From positions 1 through 39,910 of the forward strand of contig DATGXI010000168.1 of the NCBI GenBank assembly GCA_035299065.1: a stretch of DNA of 39,910 nucleotides. The letters are read 5' to 3'. A program made the position numbers and the translations under genes. The first letter of the stretch is position 1, and every line of letters begins with the position of its first letter. Below, one piece after another: positions 1 through 10,323 of the stretch. Origin of the DNA: Flavobacteriales bacterium (lineage in GTDB: Bacteria > Bacteroidota > Bacteroidia > Flavobacteriales_D > UBA2798). The notes below the pieces were generated by a model, which was given only the letters and a program-made list of their open reading frames with translations, was not told where the DNA came from and did not search any database.

Positions 1-1541
1 CAGCCACAACAAGTACAGCTGCAGGTGACAGTGATTATAATTTATTTTTAACCAAACATTCGCCATCTGGGAATTTACTTTGGTTCAAAACCATAGGAAA
101 CAATTACGCACAGTTAAGCGCCTGCGTAAGAATTGGCCCTGCAAATGAAGTTTATTTTACGGGTACATTTTACCAGAAAACCGACTTTGACCCCACAACG
201 GCTGTTGATACGCTTAATTCAGCAGGAAAGGCAGGATGCTTTATAAGTCAGTATGATGCATCAGGCAACTACATAAGCACACGTTTACTGGAAGGTGTTC
301 AAATCATTTCGGACATTGTGTTTCGGCCCAATGGCGAAATTCTTGTAACAGGTTATACAGGCGGTTCACTTGCCGATGTGGATTTTTCAGGAAGCGTTTA
401 TAGCCTTAGTATTCCTGCGTACGCACAACATGCGTTTGTATTGCGTTACACCAGCAGCTGGGGATTTTTAAATGCGTTTTCGTTTGGTGGAGCCGGGCTG
501 ACTCCGGCATTTCAGGATGTCAATTACAGTTATGATATTGCGTTGGACACAAATGCCGTTATTGTGAGTGGCGGTTTTCGCGGCAAATGCGATTTTGATC
601 CCGGAATAGGAAACACAAATGATTCAACAGCTACAACTTCAGGTGCCGATTACGACATGTATTTTGCTAAATATGATTTTAATGGAACGCTTATATGGAA
701 ACGAACCTTTGGCAGTACCGGAGGTGATTACATTTGCAATACCCAGGTGTTAAATGGAAACATATACGTGGCTGCACGATTTGAAGGTACCATTGATATG
801 GATCCCTCAGGCAGCACAAACAACGTTGTTTCCAATGCTTCAAATGATATTCTTTTTGGACGTTATGATTCAAACGGCAATTTATTATGGATAAAATCAT
901 TTGGCGGAGATGCCTCAGCCGAGTATGCAAGCCATATTTCACTTCAAAATGACAACATCGTTTTATCAGGAATATCATACAGCCTGGCGCTTTCGGGCCA
1001 TGGATTTGACATTGATCCCGGAACAGGTATTGATTCCATTAAAAGTACTAACTATAGTTGCCCTTTTGCTGCCCGGTATGACCTGGCCGGTAATTATGTA
1101 GCCAGTTTAAATATTGACAGTACCAGCTACGGGTATCATTGCGGTCACACATGCGTAGGGAATGCTGTTTACCTTGCCGGTTATTATAAAGTAAATGCAA
1201 ATTTTGATCCTGGGTTTTCAAATTATGCTGTGGCAAGTGCAGGACAGGACGATGCTTACCTTGCAAAATATGAATGGACATCTTCAGCAATAGCTGATCA
1301 TGCATCCCTGCCTGAATTAAACTGCTTTCCAAATCCCACAAATGGTGATTTAATAATTTCAGTATCCACACGCATGCATACAATACGGGTAACTGATTTG
1401 TCAGGAAAAGTGGTACTCAATATAACAGGCATTAACGCCACTTCTGCAAGTCTGGATCTTGAAAAACTTACCAATGGAGTTTACATCATGCAAGTGCTGA
1501 CCCAAACCGGAACAGTATCAACAAGGATTATAAAACAGTAA
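1..1541 (+). CDS. 5'-truncated secreted beta-propeller (SBBP-like) repeat protein with a T9SS type-A C-terminal sorting domain
   Basis: The reading frame is open from the window edge, and the listed ORF at 318 is an internal Met. It carries a repeated ~45-aa unit ending in the FDPG/DxDPG motif typical of SBBP beta-propeller repeats. The C-terminal ~80 aa (LNCFPNPTNGDLIIS...GVYIMQVLTQTGTVSTRIIKQ) matches the Por_Secre_tail / T9SS CTD pattern. Confidence 0.75.
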   Translation, partial: ATTSTAAGDSDYNLFLTKHSPSGNLLWFKTIGNNYAQLSACVRIGPANEVYFTGTFYQKTDFDPTTAVDTLNSAGKAGCFISQYDASGNYISTRLLEGVQIISDIVFRPNGEILVTGYTGGSLADVDFSGSVYSLSIPAYAQHAFVLRYTSSWGFLNAFSFGGAGLTPAFQDVNYSYDIALDTNAVIVSGGFRGKCDFDPGIGNTNDSTATTSGADYDMYFAKYDFNGTLIWKRTFGSTGGDYICNTQVLNGNIYVAARFEGTIDMDPSGSTNNVVSNASNDILFGRYDSNGNLLWIKSFGGDASAEYASHISLQNDNIVLSGISYSLALSGHGFDIDPGTGIDSIKSTNYSCPFAARYDLAGNYVASLNIDSTSYGYHCGHTCVGNAVYLAGYYKVNANFDPGFSNYAVASAGQDDAYLAKYEWTSSAIADHASLPELNCFPNPTNGDLIISVSTRMHTIRVTDLSGKVVLNITGINATSASLDLEKLTNGVYIMQVLTQTGTVSTRIIKQ

Positions 1542-1776
1542 TAGAACCTGTACCAACTACATATTTGCTGAGGAGCAATACTGTGAACATATAAATGAGG
1601 TGGCGTATTTATGCGAAAACCCTATGGGCTATTTCACCAATTTTTCATGGCAAATGCCCTTGTAATTAGTTCAAAATTAATTATTTGCGATATTGAATTT
1701 TAGTTGTTTAAAATCTCATAACCCGAATCATTCCTAGTGGTGATATTTGATTATATTTACCTGCAAATCAAGAAAA

Positions 1777-2679
1777 ATGAATCGTAAACTTTTATGTGTT
1801 GCCTTTATTTCCACATCCATGTTTTATATTGGATGCAGTGGTGAAAAGGATAATGGTGGTGGTGGTGAAATTAAAGACACCGTTGCCAAAGAAACTGGAA
1901 CTGATTCGGCACGGTTGATGACAACCAAACAAATCATGTACAGCATTCCCTCAACAGCAGAAACCGCTGATTTACTAAAAGAAGCCGGTACTACTTACGA
2001 CATCAAAATGATGAACGATGTAAAGTACGTTGACAAATACAACGTGCTGAAAAAACAAGCCCTTAACCTTGGTATTTATGGGGCCGATTTAAATTACGCC
2101 AACGTATTTGAAAAAAGCATGGAAGTACAATTGTACATGGAAAGTTGCCAAAGCCTGGTGAAAAAACTGGGTATTGAAGGCGCTATTTCAGACAATGTAT
2201 GGGACAGGCTTGAAGAAAACAAGGACGACCGCGATTCTCTAAACTTCATCATTTCAGAAGTGTTTTTTGATTTGGACACTTACCTGGAAGAAAATGACAA
2301 AACAGAGATTTCAGGCCTGATTGTTGCAGGTGGATGGATTGAAGGGTTGTTCATTGCCACCCAAATGGTAAACGAGAAAAAACCCAACCAGGAATTATTG
2401 GACCGTATTGCAGAACAAAAACTATCGTTGGATAATTTATGCAAGCTAATGACATCGTACACTGAAACTGAAAATATAAAAAGCGTATCAGAAGATTTAC
2501 ACCGCCTGCAGGGTGTTTTTGGTAAAATTGAAATAGTTCGTGTGAAAGGTGAGGCCACAACCAACTCCAGTGGCGTAACTACCATAGGCGGTAAAAACCA
2601 AATTACATTCCCCATGGAAGTTTTCACTGAGCTAAAATTAATGGTAAAAGAAATTCGCAATTCATACGCTAAACCATAA
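1777..2679 (+). CDS. hypothetical lipoprotein
   Basis: The start is taken at the internal MNRKLL rather than the longer ORF. It has a signal peptide followed by a lipobox-like FYIGC|SG and a Gly-rich linker (GGGGE). I recognise no catalytic motif. Confidence 0.55.
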   Translation: MNRKLLCVAFISTSMFYIGCSGEKDNGGGGEIKDTVAKETGTDSARLMTTKQIMYSIPSTAETADLLKEAGTTYDIKMMNDVKYVDKYNVLKKQALNLGIYGADLNYANVFEKSMEVQLYMESCQSLVKKLGIEGAISDNVWDRLEENKDDRDSLNFIISEVFFDLDTYLEENDKTEISGLIVAGGWIEGLFIATQMVNEKKPNQELLDRIAEQKLSLDNLCKLMTSYTETENIKSVSEDLHRLQGVFGKIEIVRVKGEATTNSSGVTTIGGKNQITFPMEVFTELKLMVKEIRNSYAKP

Positions 2680-2700
2680 TAACAGGTAACACATTACAAA

Positions 2701-3129
2701 ATGAAAAACTTATTACTGACATGTTTCGTACTCATTGCCGGCATTGGAATTTCACATGCACAGTGCAAGGGATTTGCCAAGAAAAAATGTTTACCTGATA
2801 TGAAACCATACGCAACCAGCGGTAAAATAAACGCCACCACCATGCGTCCTGGTGACAAAGCTGAACTTATGGTGACTTTTAACTCTGACGTTGAATACCG
2901 CCTTATGGTTTGTGGTATGGATAATATAAAAGTTAGCTTCAAGGTAATGGATACCGACAAAAACGTATTTTTTGACAGTGAAAAAAATAAGAAAAATTAC
3001 TTCGACTTCAATGTTGCCTCAACACAACAGTTAATCGTGGAAATTAATTGCGAGGACAAAGACTCACTCACCGGTATTACACCTGAAGGTTGTATTTCAA
3101 TTCTTACCGGAACAAAGTCCAAAAAATAG
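2701..3129 (+). CDS. small secreted hypothetical protein with 4 Cys
   Basis: It has a clean signal peptide (MKNLLLTCFVLIAGIGISHA|Q). It lies 21 bp downstream of the lipoprotein gene and is probably co-transcribed with it. Confidence 0.5.
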   Translation: MKNLLLTCFVLIAGIGISHAQCKGFAKKKCLPDMKPYATSGKINATTMRPGDKAELMVTFNSDVEYRLMVCGMDNIKVSFKVMDTDKNVFFDSEKNKKNYFDFNVASTQQLIVEINCEDKDSLTGITPEGCISILTGTKSKK

Positions 3130-3166
3130 TAGTTGCATATAACATTAGCAATTTACTTTAATAACC

Positions 3167-5098
3167 TTGATTGTGGAGACTGATACCGGGCGTTTGAAAA
3201 AAATAAAATTTTTACTTTACTTCTTCGTATTATTTTTTGTTTGTGATTGCTCTTTTTCACAACAACTAAACGAACCTAAGATACGTTTATCTGACACACT
3301 TCTTTCTAAATACCTTGATTTTTATATTCCACGAATAAAAACGCGGATAAAAAAAACAAAGATGGCTAACTCCAAGAAAAAAGCCACCTTAATGAAATTG
3401 GACTTGTTTGACGCTAGGCAACAATCAAGAATGGGTGAATTCCACAAATCGTTACCGCTTTTTCTAGCCATTCTTGAAGATTATTCCCCCATGTCACCTG
3501 TTGACAGTTCCATTGTTCTAAACGAAATTCTGGATAACTATTACGAAATTAAAGACCTTAAAAACACATTACTTACCTATAGTAAAATAATTGGCATAAG
3601 CTCGCGGAACAAAAACATTGAGTCAAAATGGAATCAGGTGCATTTGAGCAGCATATACTACAACCTTGGATTTTATGATGAGGCACTTAATCAACAACTT
3701 TTTGAAAAGAAAACATTTACTGCATCGCCATTAACCCTGGCAAGCTTTTACAATAACCGTGGACTTTACTGGACCAAAGCAGGAAACGTTGACAGTGCTC
3801 ATGTTTGTTTTGAAAAAGCACTTGACCTGATTGAACCCATAAAAAAAATAAACCAATCGTTTTACGCACTGGTTAAAGGAAACATTGCGCAAGTAAACAT
3901 ACTTGAAAAAAAATATGCCGAAGCTATTCCTCTTTTGAAAAACGACATTGCGAATAGCCGCCTGGATAATAACAGGCTAAACATGGCCATTAATTACATT
4001 GAACTTGCCGTATGTTTCAATAACATCAAAAAACCGGCTACTGCCCTGCAGTATATTGACTCGTTTACAACCATCAAAAGCGAAAAAATTGACCTGGGTT
4101 TAAAATTGCGTTACTTTAAAACAAAAGCCGATATTTTTCTGAATCTTGGTTACAAAGATTCAACACTTAAATACCTGAATATTTTTCTTGAACAAAACCA
4201 GGCCTACGAAAGACAAAAAAATTATGCCGAATTATACGGCATTAAGGTTTCAAATGATGTTTTCAGGTTACAAAGCGATATTAAAGATAAAAAAAAGCAA
4301 CTTGAAATTGACATGCGTCAAATTGAGGCGCAACAACGACTAAACAGAACTTATTTTATTATCCTTATTTTGTTTATTATACTATCGGTAATTATATTAT
4401 ACCTGCTTATCAAACTTAACAGGAGACGGAAACTGGTTGAAAGCAAAAATGCAGCTATTGTTGAACAAAACCAAACAATCAATAAATCGTTAAAAGAAAA
4501 AGAGATTTTAATCAAGGAAATTCATCACCGTGTAAAAAATAACTTACAAATAATATCCAGTCTCCTGAAGCTCCAGTTAAATATTACCGAGGACAATGAA
4601 GCTAAAATTTCATTAACCGATGCCCACGGCCGTATTTTGTCCATGGCCCTGCTCCACCAGCAATTAATGATAAAGGATCAACGAAGCGTGGTAGAAATTT
4701 CAGAATTCATAAAAACGCTTGGAAGTCATATTGAAAATTCCATACTCAACCCTGATCGAAAAACAGTGCTGGAGTACGATCTTGAACCTATTTTTATGCA
4801 TGTGGATGTTGCCAGCCCCGTTTGCTTAATCATAAACGAAGTATTGGTAAACAGCATTAAACATGCTTTTGGCAACACAAATCAATGCCTGATAAAAATC
4901 ACCCTTAAAAATCAGGACAACAAAATAAGTTTACGCATTCAGGACAATGGCAGCGGTTTTGACTATGAAAAAGAAAAAGCCAAAAACACCTCCCTGGGAC
5001 TTGAAATAATTGAATCGGTATCTGAACAAATTAATGCTTCGTTCAAGTTCGAAAACAATAATGGCTCGGTTTTCATACTTGATATTCTACAGAAATAA
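3167..5098 (+). CDS. TPR-repeat sensor histidine kinase (HisKA_2 / HWE-like dimerisation-phosphoacceptor plus HATPase_c)
   Basis: The order is an N-terminal signal/hydrophobic segment, TPR-like repeats (~aa 100-370), one TM helix (YFIILILFIILSVIILYLLI) and a coiled coil. Next is the H-box HHRVKNNLQIISSLLKLQ characteristic of HisKA_2 kinases, followed by an ATPase region (NEVLVNSIKHAF ... DNGSGF). An alternative TTG start at 3194 is possible. No response regulator lies adjacent. Confidence 0.8.
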   Translation: MIVETDTGRLKKIKFLLYFFVLFFVCDCSFSQQLNEPKIRLSDTLLSKYLDFYIPRIKTRIKKTKMANSKKKATLMKLDLFDARQQSRMGEFHKSLPLFLAILEDYSPMSPVDSSIVLNEILDNYYEIKDLKNTLLTYSKIIGISSRNKNIESKWNQVHLSSIYYNLGFYDEALNQQLFEKKTFTASPLTLASFYNNRGLYWTKAGNVDSAHVCFEKALDLIEPIKKINQSFYALVKGNIAQVNILEKKYAEAIPLLKNDIANSRLDNNRLNMAINYIELAVCFNNIKKPATALQYIDSFTTIKSEKIDLGLKLRYFKTKADIFLNLGYKDSTLKYLNIFLEQNQAYERQKNYAELYGIKVSNDVFRLQSDIKDKKKQLEIDMRQIEAQQRLNRTYFIILILFIILSVIILYLLIKLNRRRKLVESKNAAIVEQNQTINKSLKEKEILIKEIHHRVKNNLQIISSLLKLQLNITEDNEAKISLTDAHGRILSMALLHQQLMIKDQRSVVEISEFIKTLGSHIENSILNPDRKTVLEYDLEPIFMHVDVASPVCLIINEVLVNSIKHAFGNTNQCLIKITLKNQDNKISLRIQDNGSGFDYEKEKAKNTSLGLEIIESVSEQINASFKFENNNGSVFILDILQK

Positions 5099-5247
5099 AA
5101 GCAAAAAGCCATTCGCTGATCAGATTCAACTGCTCCTGCCAATGCTTACTTTCATTTCTAACCACCCACCCTTTCAACTCACGCCCTACTCCGCTTTATT
5201 CTGTCGCTGCCTGCTTTTCAACCCAGCCCACATTACGGATAACCCTT

Positions 5248-7185
5248 TTATTGTTTATCCTTCGGTTTCTCTTTTGCTTCCTCGGCCTTATTTTTCACCT
5301 GCATTTGCTCAAGCAACTTCATGCCAAGCAAACCGCTTATGGTTCCGTTCGCTCCATTTTCACCACCACCGCCAATAAGTATTTCAGGAATGATCTTGAT
5401 CTTGTCCTTACCAATAGCTTCTGTTATTTTTAATTGCGTGAAATTATCGCCACCCATTGATTTAATGGCCAGCTCATACGATTCGGCTGAAGATTTACCA
5501 ATGGCCAGAATTTTTTCGGCTTCGGCATTACCGGTTACAGTAATTTTTTCGGCTTCGGCATTTGCAAGTGCTTTTACTTTTTCAGCTTCGGCATTTGCCA
5601 GCACTTTTGTTCGTTCAGCATCGGCAATTGAAATAACTTTTAAACGCTCAGCTTCGGCATTGGCCTGTATTTTTACCCCTTGTGCCTCACCCAATGCCTT
5701 TTTAACGGCAGCATCGGCTATACGTTCTGAAATCAATACGCCCTGGTCAGCCTTCACAATTTCCTTTTGTATTTCAGCAATGGCGGTTTCTTTTTCCAGT
5801 GTTTGGCGTGTTTCCTGCGCTTTCTTTTGTGTTTCGTAGGTCACTTTTTGTTCTTCTGCAATTTTTCGGTCCGTTAATGTCTTCATCAGTGAATCGGGCG
5901 GTACAATATCACCAATAAGGGTGTCAACGCCAAACACATTATATTGTTCAAGCACTTTACTTATATGCATTTTTGCATTGTCCTGTCTTTCCTTACGTGA
6001 TGTTAAAAACGCAATTACATCAGCGTCCTGTGCCGAGTTTCGGAAATAATTACCAATGGTTGGTTCCAATACCTGGCCAACAAGGTTCATCATATTACCA
6101 AAACGCGCAATTACTTTTGGCGCTTCGGTTGTTGGAATGTGAATGATTTGTGATACATCAAGATTAAACGGGAAACCATCTTTTGAACGCACTGTTATGG
6201 TTGACAAATGCTTGTCCAATTGATGTGCTTCACTGCGTGCACTTGCCCAGTTTAAAACCAGGTTGGTGGTGGGCACCATTTCAACACGCATAATAAATGT
6301 ATTGATCGGGTATTTACCCGGGCCCAACGGTTCGGCCCAAACACCCTTATGCCCTTTGCCCACAATGTTTCCATGTTTGAATTCCACCCCACTCAAATCC
6401 TGTCCTTCATTTCCTATATAGGAAATAACCACTCCCACATACCCAATGGGTATTTCGGTCATTTTGATTTGTTCAATTTGTACAAACCATGGATTTAAAT
6501 AATATGATCCGGCCAGAACCACTTGCGGTTGCAACCCTTTGTTCCCTCCACCGGCTAAAAACGCATCAGTATCCTGAAAATTATTATGCCCTGCAATGTG
6601 TTTACCTGCAATATTACCCTCTTCAATAGGCAAACCGTCCATGGTAGTTACAATACCAACCATGTTCTCGCTTATTTTGATCATGTCGGTGATAATTACA
6701 TCAAACAAAAATGTATTTATCCTGAATGTACCTGCGGTTAAAAATTGCGTTTGACGTCCTTTACGCCCACCATTGCGCAAAAACGCATCGGCATTCTGGA
6801 ACATATCACAATCTACTTTTTTGGCAAGAATAGCACCTGTTTCAAGGTCCATACCATCTTTTGCTACAATCAAACCAATTTGACCTTGTGGAATAATGGT
6901 TAAGGGTTGGAGTGTAATTTCATATTGCCAAACCCAGTACCAAAAATAAATTCCGGGAGGTAAGTTTCGTGCCTGGAAACCGGCTTCACCATCAATGGCA
7001 ATAATGCGGTTTTCGGGTAATTCACGGTTACTCCCAAATAAAACAAATTTCTTGGTTACAAGTCCAATCTTATCCTCAGGTATAATAATAATACCCAAAA
7101 GGCGAAAAAATAATCTGTACAAAACAAGAACAAGTACTATGGCAAAAATCCACCAATACTGAGCAAAAAAATCACCGATTTCCAT
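5248..7185 (-). CDS. flotillin-family (YqiK-like) SPFH/band-7 protein
   Basis: It has an N-terminal TM helix and an SPFH domain. The C-terminus is a long coiled coil with an Ala/Glu-rich repeat (ANAEAERLKV / ANAEAEKVKA / ANAEAEKITV), the flotillin hallmark. It is 645 aa long. Confidence 0.85.
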   Translation of the reverse strand: MEIGDFFAQYWWIFAIVLVLVLYRLFFRLLGIIIIPEDKIGLVTKKFVLFGSNRELPENRIIAIDGEAGFQARNLPPGIYFWYWVWQYEITLQPLTIIPQGQIGLIVAKDGMDLETGAILAKKVDCDMFQNADAFLRNGGRKGRQTQFLTAGTFRINTFLFDVIITDMIKISENMVGIVTTMDGLPIEEGNIAGKHIAGHNNFQDTDAFLAGGGNKGLQPQVVLAGSYYLNPWFVQIEQIKMTEIPIGYVGVVISYIGNEGQDLSGVEFKHGNIVGKGHKGVWAEPLGPGKYPINTFIMRVEMVPTTNLVLNWASARSEAHQLDKHLSTITVRSKDGFPFNLDVSQIIHIPTTEAPKVIARFGNMMNLVGQVLEPTIGNYFRNSAQDADVIAFLTSRKERQDNAKMHISKVLEQYNVFGVDTLIGDIVPPDSLMKTLTDRKIAEEQKVTYETQKKAQETRQTLEKETAIAEIQKEIVKADQGVLISERIADAAVKKALGEAQGVKIQANAEAERLKVISIADAERTKVLANAEAEKVKALANAEAEKITVTGNAEAEKILAIGKSSAESYELAIKSMGGDNFTQLKITEAIGKDKIKIIPEILIGGGGENGANGTISGLLGMKLLEQMQVKNKAEEAKEKPKDKQ

Positions 7186-7399
7186 GGCTTTAATAAATTA
7201 ATAGGTTGAACTAAATATATTAAAACGCTACTGAAAAAGGACCTTGTTTATAACTAAAGGCGTTTAGGCGAATGGGCTGATTAACGGCCATAAACAAAGG
7301 CCGATGTTAACAATACCCACCAAAACAGGCAGTAAAATTAGCCGTTCACTAAACTAAATTAATCCTCTAAAATTAAAATTTACGAGAAAGGAAACCCAC

Positions 7400-8116
7400 T
7401 TAATTGCAATAATCCTGAAGAATTAAATTTAATTGCTTGTTCATTTCCTGCGCTCTTGAATAAGTCATCATATGGCTACCTTTTTTTATTTTAATTGCAT
7501 TTTTTGTAAACCTGCATGGTAAGGTGTGGTCACTGGTTCCGTGAAAATGTATAATGTCTGACCGGTTTGAATCAGGATTCCATTTACATATCATGCCTAT
7601 GGCCCGCTTCATAAACAACGGATCTTTTCTCTCAATCATGGCTGTAAAAAGCGAATCGTCTTTGCGGCTTTCGGGCTCAACCAGGGGGCGCATTATATTT
7701 GACATACGCTTGTAAAATTTACCACTAAAAACTGTGTACACGGGTACAACCTCCTGAAATTTATAACGCAAAGGCAATTCCTTTCGGGCTTTGGCACTTG
7801 ATATAAGAATAATTTTTTCGGGCCTTAAAAACCCAGCCATTTCCACAGCCACCATTCCACCCAATGAAACACCAATAAACGCATAAGGTGTAGTGGTGTC
7901 AACTTGTGTTGCTATTCTTAAAGCATAAGCATGCATGGTCTCATTTTTTAATGGAACCGGCATGCTTATTATGGTTGTATCACAGCCAGGCAAAATTGTT
8001 TTTGAAAACAGTGCAGCATCAGCTCCAAGGCCTGGAAAAAGATAAATGCGTTTATGTTGCGCACATAAAGCCGTTGCGTAGAATAGGGTTAAAAAAAACA
8101 ATAAGCCACGTACCAT
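7400..8116 (-). CDS. secreted alpha/beta-fold hydrolase
   Basis: It has a signal peptide (MVRGLLFFLTLFYATALCAQ), a GxSxG nucleophile elbow (GVSLGG) and downstream Asp and His candidates. Substrate is unknown. Confidence 0.65.
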   Translation of the reverse strand: MVRGLLFFLTLFYATALCAQHKRIYLFPGLGADAALFSKTILPGCDTTIISMPVPLKNETMHAYALRIATQVDTTTPYAFIGVSLGGMVAVEMAGFLRPEKIILISSAKARKELPLRYKFQEVVPVYTVFSGKFYKRMSNIMRPLVEPESRKDDSLFTAMIERKDPLFMKRAIGMICKWNPDSNRSDIIHFHGTSDHTLPCRFTKNAIKIKKGSHMMTYSRAQEMNKQLNLILQDYCN

Positions 8117-8390
8117 GGCGTATCAACGTAAAAAAACAGGAGCAAGTGTGTTTGTCAATAAAAACAGGCTTTGTCAGGGGCTCCTGGCGTTGATTTCTTA
8201 AAAATCAATTTAATAAATTAATGGTCGTATACAAGTCTACAATAGCGCTGAATTTTTGCGTGTTAGTACAATGGCCTTGCCCTCTTCAACATGCACCTGC
8301 TCACGATCCGTTACCAAATAACGACCTGCTGCTTTTTGTACTACAATTACCGAAAATAGCCTGGTAATTCCAACTCCCCTTTTGAAGCAT

Positions 8391-8422
8391 AAAAAAAATC
8401 CCCCACCATTTCTGATGAGGGA
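8391..8422 (-). terminator. putative intrinsic terminator downstream of the Nif3 / Zn-ribbon operon
   Basis: On the minus strand a short GC-containing hairpin (AATCCC...GGGATT, with possible extra inner pairs around a GAAA loop) is followed immediately by T8. It sits 26 nt past the stop of the 8448..9218 gene. Confidence 0.4.
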
Positions 8423-8447
8423 TTCAATAGTGAATATTATAATTTAA

Positions 8448-9218
8448 CTATTCTGCGTAATCAGGGTCAATGGCTTTGTCAACCAATACACGGCCACAAT
8501 GTTCACACACAATTACTTTTTTGTGTTGACGAATGTCCATTTGACGTTGTGGCGGAATTTGGTTAAAGCAACCACCGCAGGCGTCACGCTCAACAGCAAC
8601 CACAGCCAATCCATTGCGGAAATTTTTGCGCAAACGGTGGTAAGCTGTCAATAAACGCTCATCAATGTGTTTTTGTGCTTTTTCTGATTGACCAATCAAT
8701 TCAGTTTCCTGTGCCTGTGTTTCGTCAGTAATTTCTTTCAATTCACGTTGCTTGATCTCAAGTTCTTTTTTCTTGTCATCAACCTGGCCCTGGATAGTAG
8801 CCAATAAACCAGTTTTAATGGTCAATTGGTATTCGGCTTCTTTTGTACGTTTTTCAGCAAGTTCAATTTCCAGTTTTTGGAACTCAACTTCTTTGCTTAT
8901 TGAATCGTACTCGCGGTTGTTACGCACTTTTGATTGTTGCGCTTCGTATTTTTTAATTGCAGCCTGCGCGTCTTTCTTTGCATTTTTTTTGTTCGAAAGC
9001 TCGTTTTCATACTCTTTAACCTCTTCGGTCAATTTATTTAAGCGCACTTCCAAACCTGCAATATCATCTTCCATGTCCTGCACCTCAAGTGGCAATTCAC
9101 CACGTACGGTACGAATTTTATCAATTTTGGTATCAATCTGCTGAAGCTTAAATAAAGCCCTCAACTTTTCTTCTACACTTACATCTGATTTACTGTCTTT
9201 AAAAGCTGTTTTTGCCAT
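8448..9218 (-). CDS. COG1579-type zinc-ribbon / coiled-coil protein (DUF164)
   Basis: It has a long coiled coil plus a C-terminal C4 zinc ribbon (CGGC...CEHC). This family is the conserved partner usually found next to Nif3, and here the two are 1 bp apart on the same strand. Confidence 0.8.
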   Translation of the reverse strand: MAKTAFKDSKSDVSVEEKLRALFKLQQIDTKIDKIRTVRGELPLEVQDMEDDIAGLEVRLNKLTEEVKEYENELSNKKNAKKDAQAAIKKYEAQQSKVRNNREYDSISKEVEFQKLEIELAEKRTKEAEYQLTIKTGLLATIQGQVDDKKKELEIKQRELKEITDETQAQETELIGQSEKAQKHIDERLLTAYHRLRKNFRNGLAVVAVERDACGGCFNQIPPQRQMDIRQHKKVIVCEHCGRVLVDKAIDPDYAE

Positions 9219-9219
9219 C

Positions 9220-10323
9220 TTAAAAATATTTTACCGGGTTCGTTTCCACCCCTGAAAGGCGGACGGCAAATGTAGCATTTTTCTCAATATGCCCTTTAAG
9301 ATAATCGGCTAAAAGTTGAGGGGTATAATGCTCGCTTTCAAAATGCCCAACATCCATTATAACTATATGATTTTCAGCATCAAAAAACTCATGGTACTTA
9401 AAGTCGCCTGTTATGTAAACATCGGCTCCCGAACGTATTGCGTCCTTAAGCAGGAAACTGCCGGCACCGCCACAAACCGCAATTTTTTGGATTTTTTCAC
9501 GTAAAAAGGCCGTGTGTCGTATGGCCCCGGTCTTAAAAACCGCCTTTAACAGGGTCTTAAACTCTTCCCCGTTAAGTGGTTTTTCCAGGTCTCCAACCAT
9601 ACCTGCCCCTACCCCTGCGCTTGCATTTTTCAATGCAAATAAATCATACGCCACTTCTTCATAAGGGTGCGCTTTTATCATGGCGCTTACCACTTTGTGT
9701 TGTAAATGGGCGGGTAAAATAACTTCAATGCGTGTTTCAGGTTCAATGTGGCGCTTATTTATTTCACCCATTGCCGGGTTTGCGTTTTCATTCGCTTTGT
9801 ATCCGCCCAAACCTTCCAGTTTAAAATCACATTCACTGTAATTACCAATATTTCCCGCACCTGCATTAAACATGGCCTTTTCTACTTCTTCCACATTTTT
9901 ATGCGGCACAAAAACAGCAAGTTTTATTAGTCCATCGCTCTTTGGTTTTAAAATGCGCGTATTTTTTAATCCAAGTTTTTCGCAAATAATTCCATTGACA
10001 CCTGCATGCACATGGTCCAGGTTTGTATGTATGGCGTAAATGGCAATATCGTTTTTAATGGCTTTAATAATTGTGCGCTCAACATAATTTGAGCCCGTTA
10101 TTTTTTTTAAGCCCTTAAATATAATGGGATGGTGCGCCACAACCATGTTACACTTGTTGGCAATGGCCTCGTCAACTACACTTTCAATGCAATCAAGCGT
10201 GCATAAAATTCCGGTTACCTCCGCGTTTTTATCACCCGTGAGCAAACCCACATTGTCATAATCTTCGGCATACGCTGGGGGTGCCAGTTGTTCAAGTAAA
10301 TTTATTATAGCTGAAATTTTCAT
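9220..10323 (-). CDS. Nif3-like dinuclear metal-centre protein (YqfO/YbgI family, GTP cyclohydrolase 1 type 2-like)
   Basis: The N-terminal and C-terminal Nif3 halves are split by an inserted domain of ~120 aa. Conserved His/Glu metal ligands are present (HHP...H...E...H). It is 367 aa. Confidence 0.85.
   Translation of the reverse strand: MKISAIINLLEQLAPPAYAEDYDNVGLLTGDKNAEVTGILCTLDCIESVVDEAIANKCNMVVAHHPIIFKGLKKITGSNYVERTIIKAIKNDIAIYAIHTNLDHVHAGVNGIICEKLGLKNTRILKPKSDGLIKLAVFVPHKNVEEVEKAMFNAGAGNIGNYSECDFKLEGLGGYKANENANPAMGEINKRHIEPETRIEVILPAHLQHKVVSAMIKAHPYEEVAYDLFALKNASAGVGAGMVGDLEKPLNGEEFKTLLKAVFKTGAIRHTAFLREKIQKIAVCGGAGSFLLKDAIRSGADVYITGDFKYHEFFDAENHIVIMDVGHFESEHYTPQLLADYLKGHIEKNATFAVRLSGVETNPVKYF

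Noticed and set aside
5236-5262. An inverted repeat, GGATAAC..GTTTATCC, between the convergent kinase and flotillin genes.
   Set aside because: It is imperfect with an AT-rich stem, and it overlaps the flotillin stop codon. At best it is a weak bidirectional terminator, which I consider insufficient to call as a feature.
5010-5378. A 122-aa ORF overlapping the 3' ends of both the sensor kinase and the flotillin genes.
   Set aside because: It overlaps two strong genes and its composition is not protein-like. It most likely just reflects the short convergent intergenic region.
5321-5839. A 172-aa ORF on the + strand with repetitive SASAFAS sequence.
   Set aside because: It is the antisense reading of the flotillin coiled-coil repeat region. 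The low-complexity Ala/Ser translation is an artefact of the GCTTCGGC nucleotide repeats.
8448-10323. The Zn-ribbon coiled-coil plus Nif3 pair as a novel system.
   Set aside because: This is the widely conserved COG1579/Nif3 (YqfO-type) gene pair already known in many bacteria, so it is not novel.
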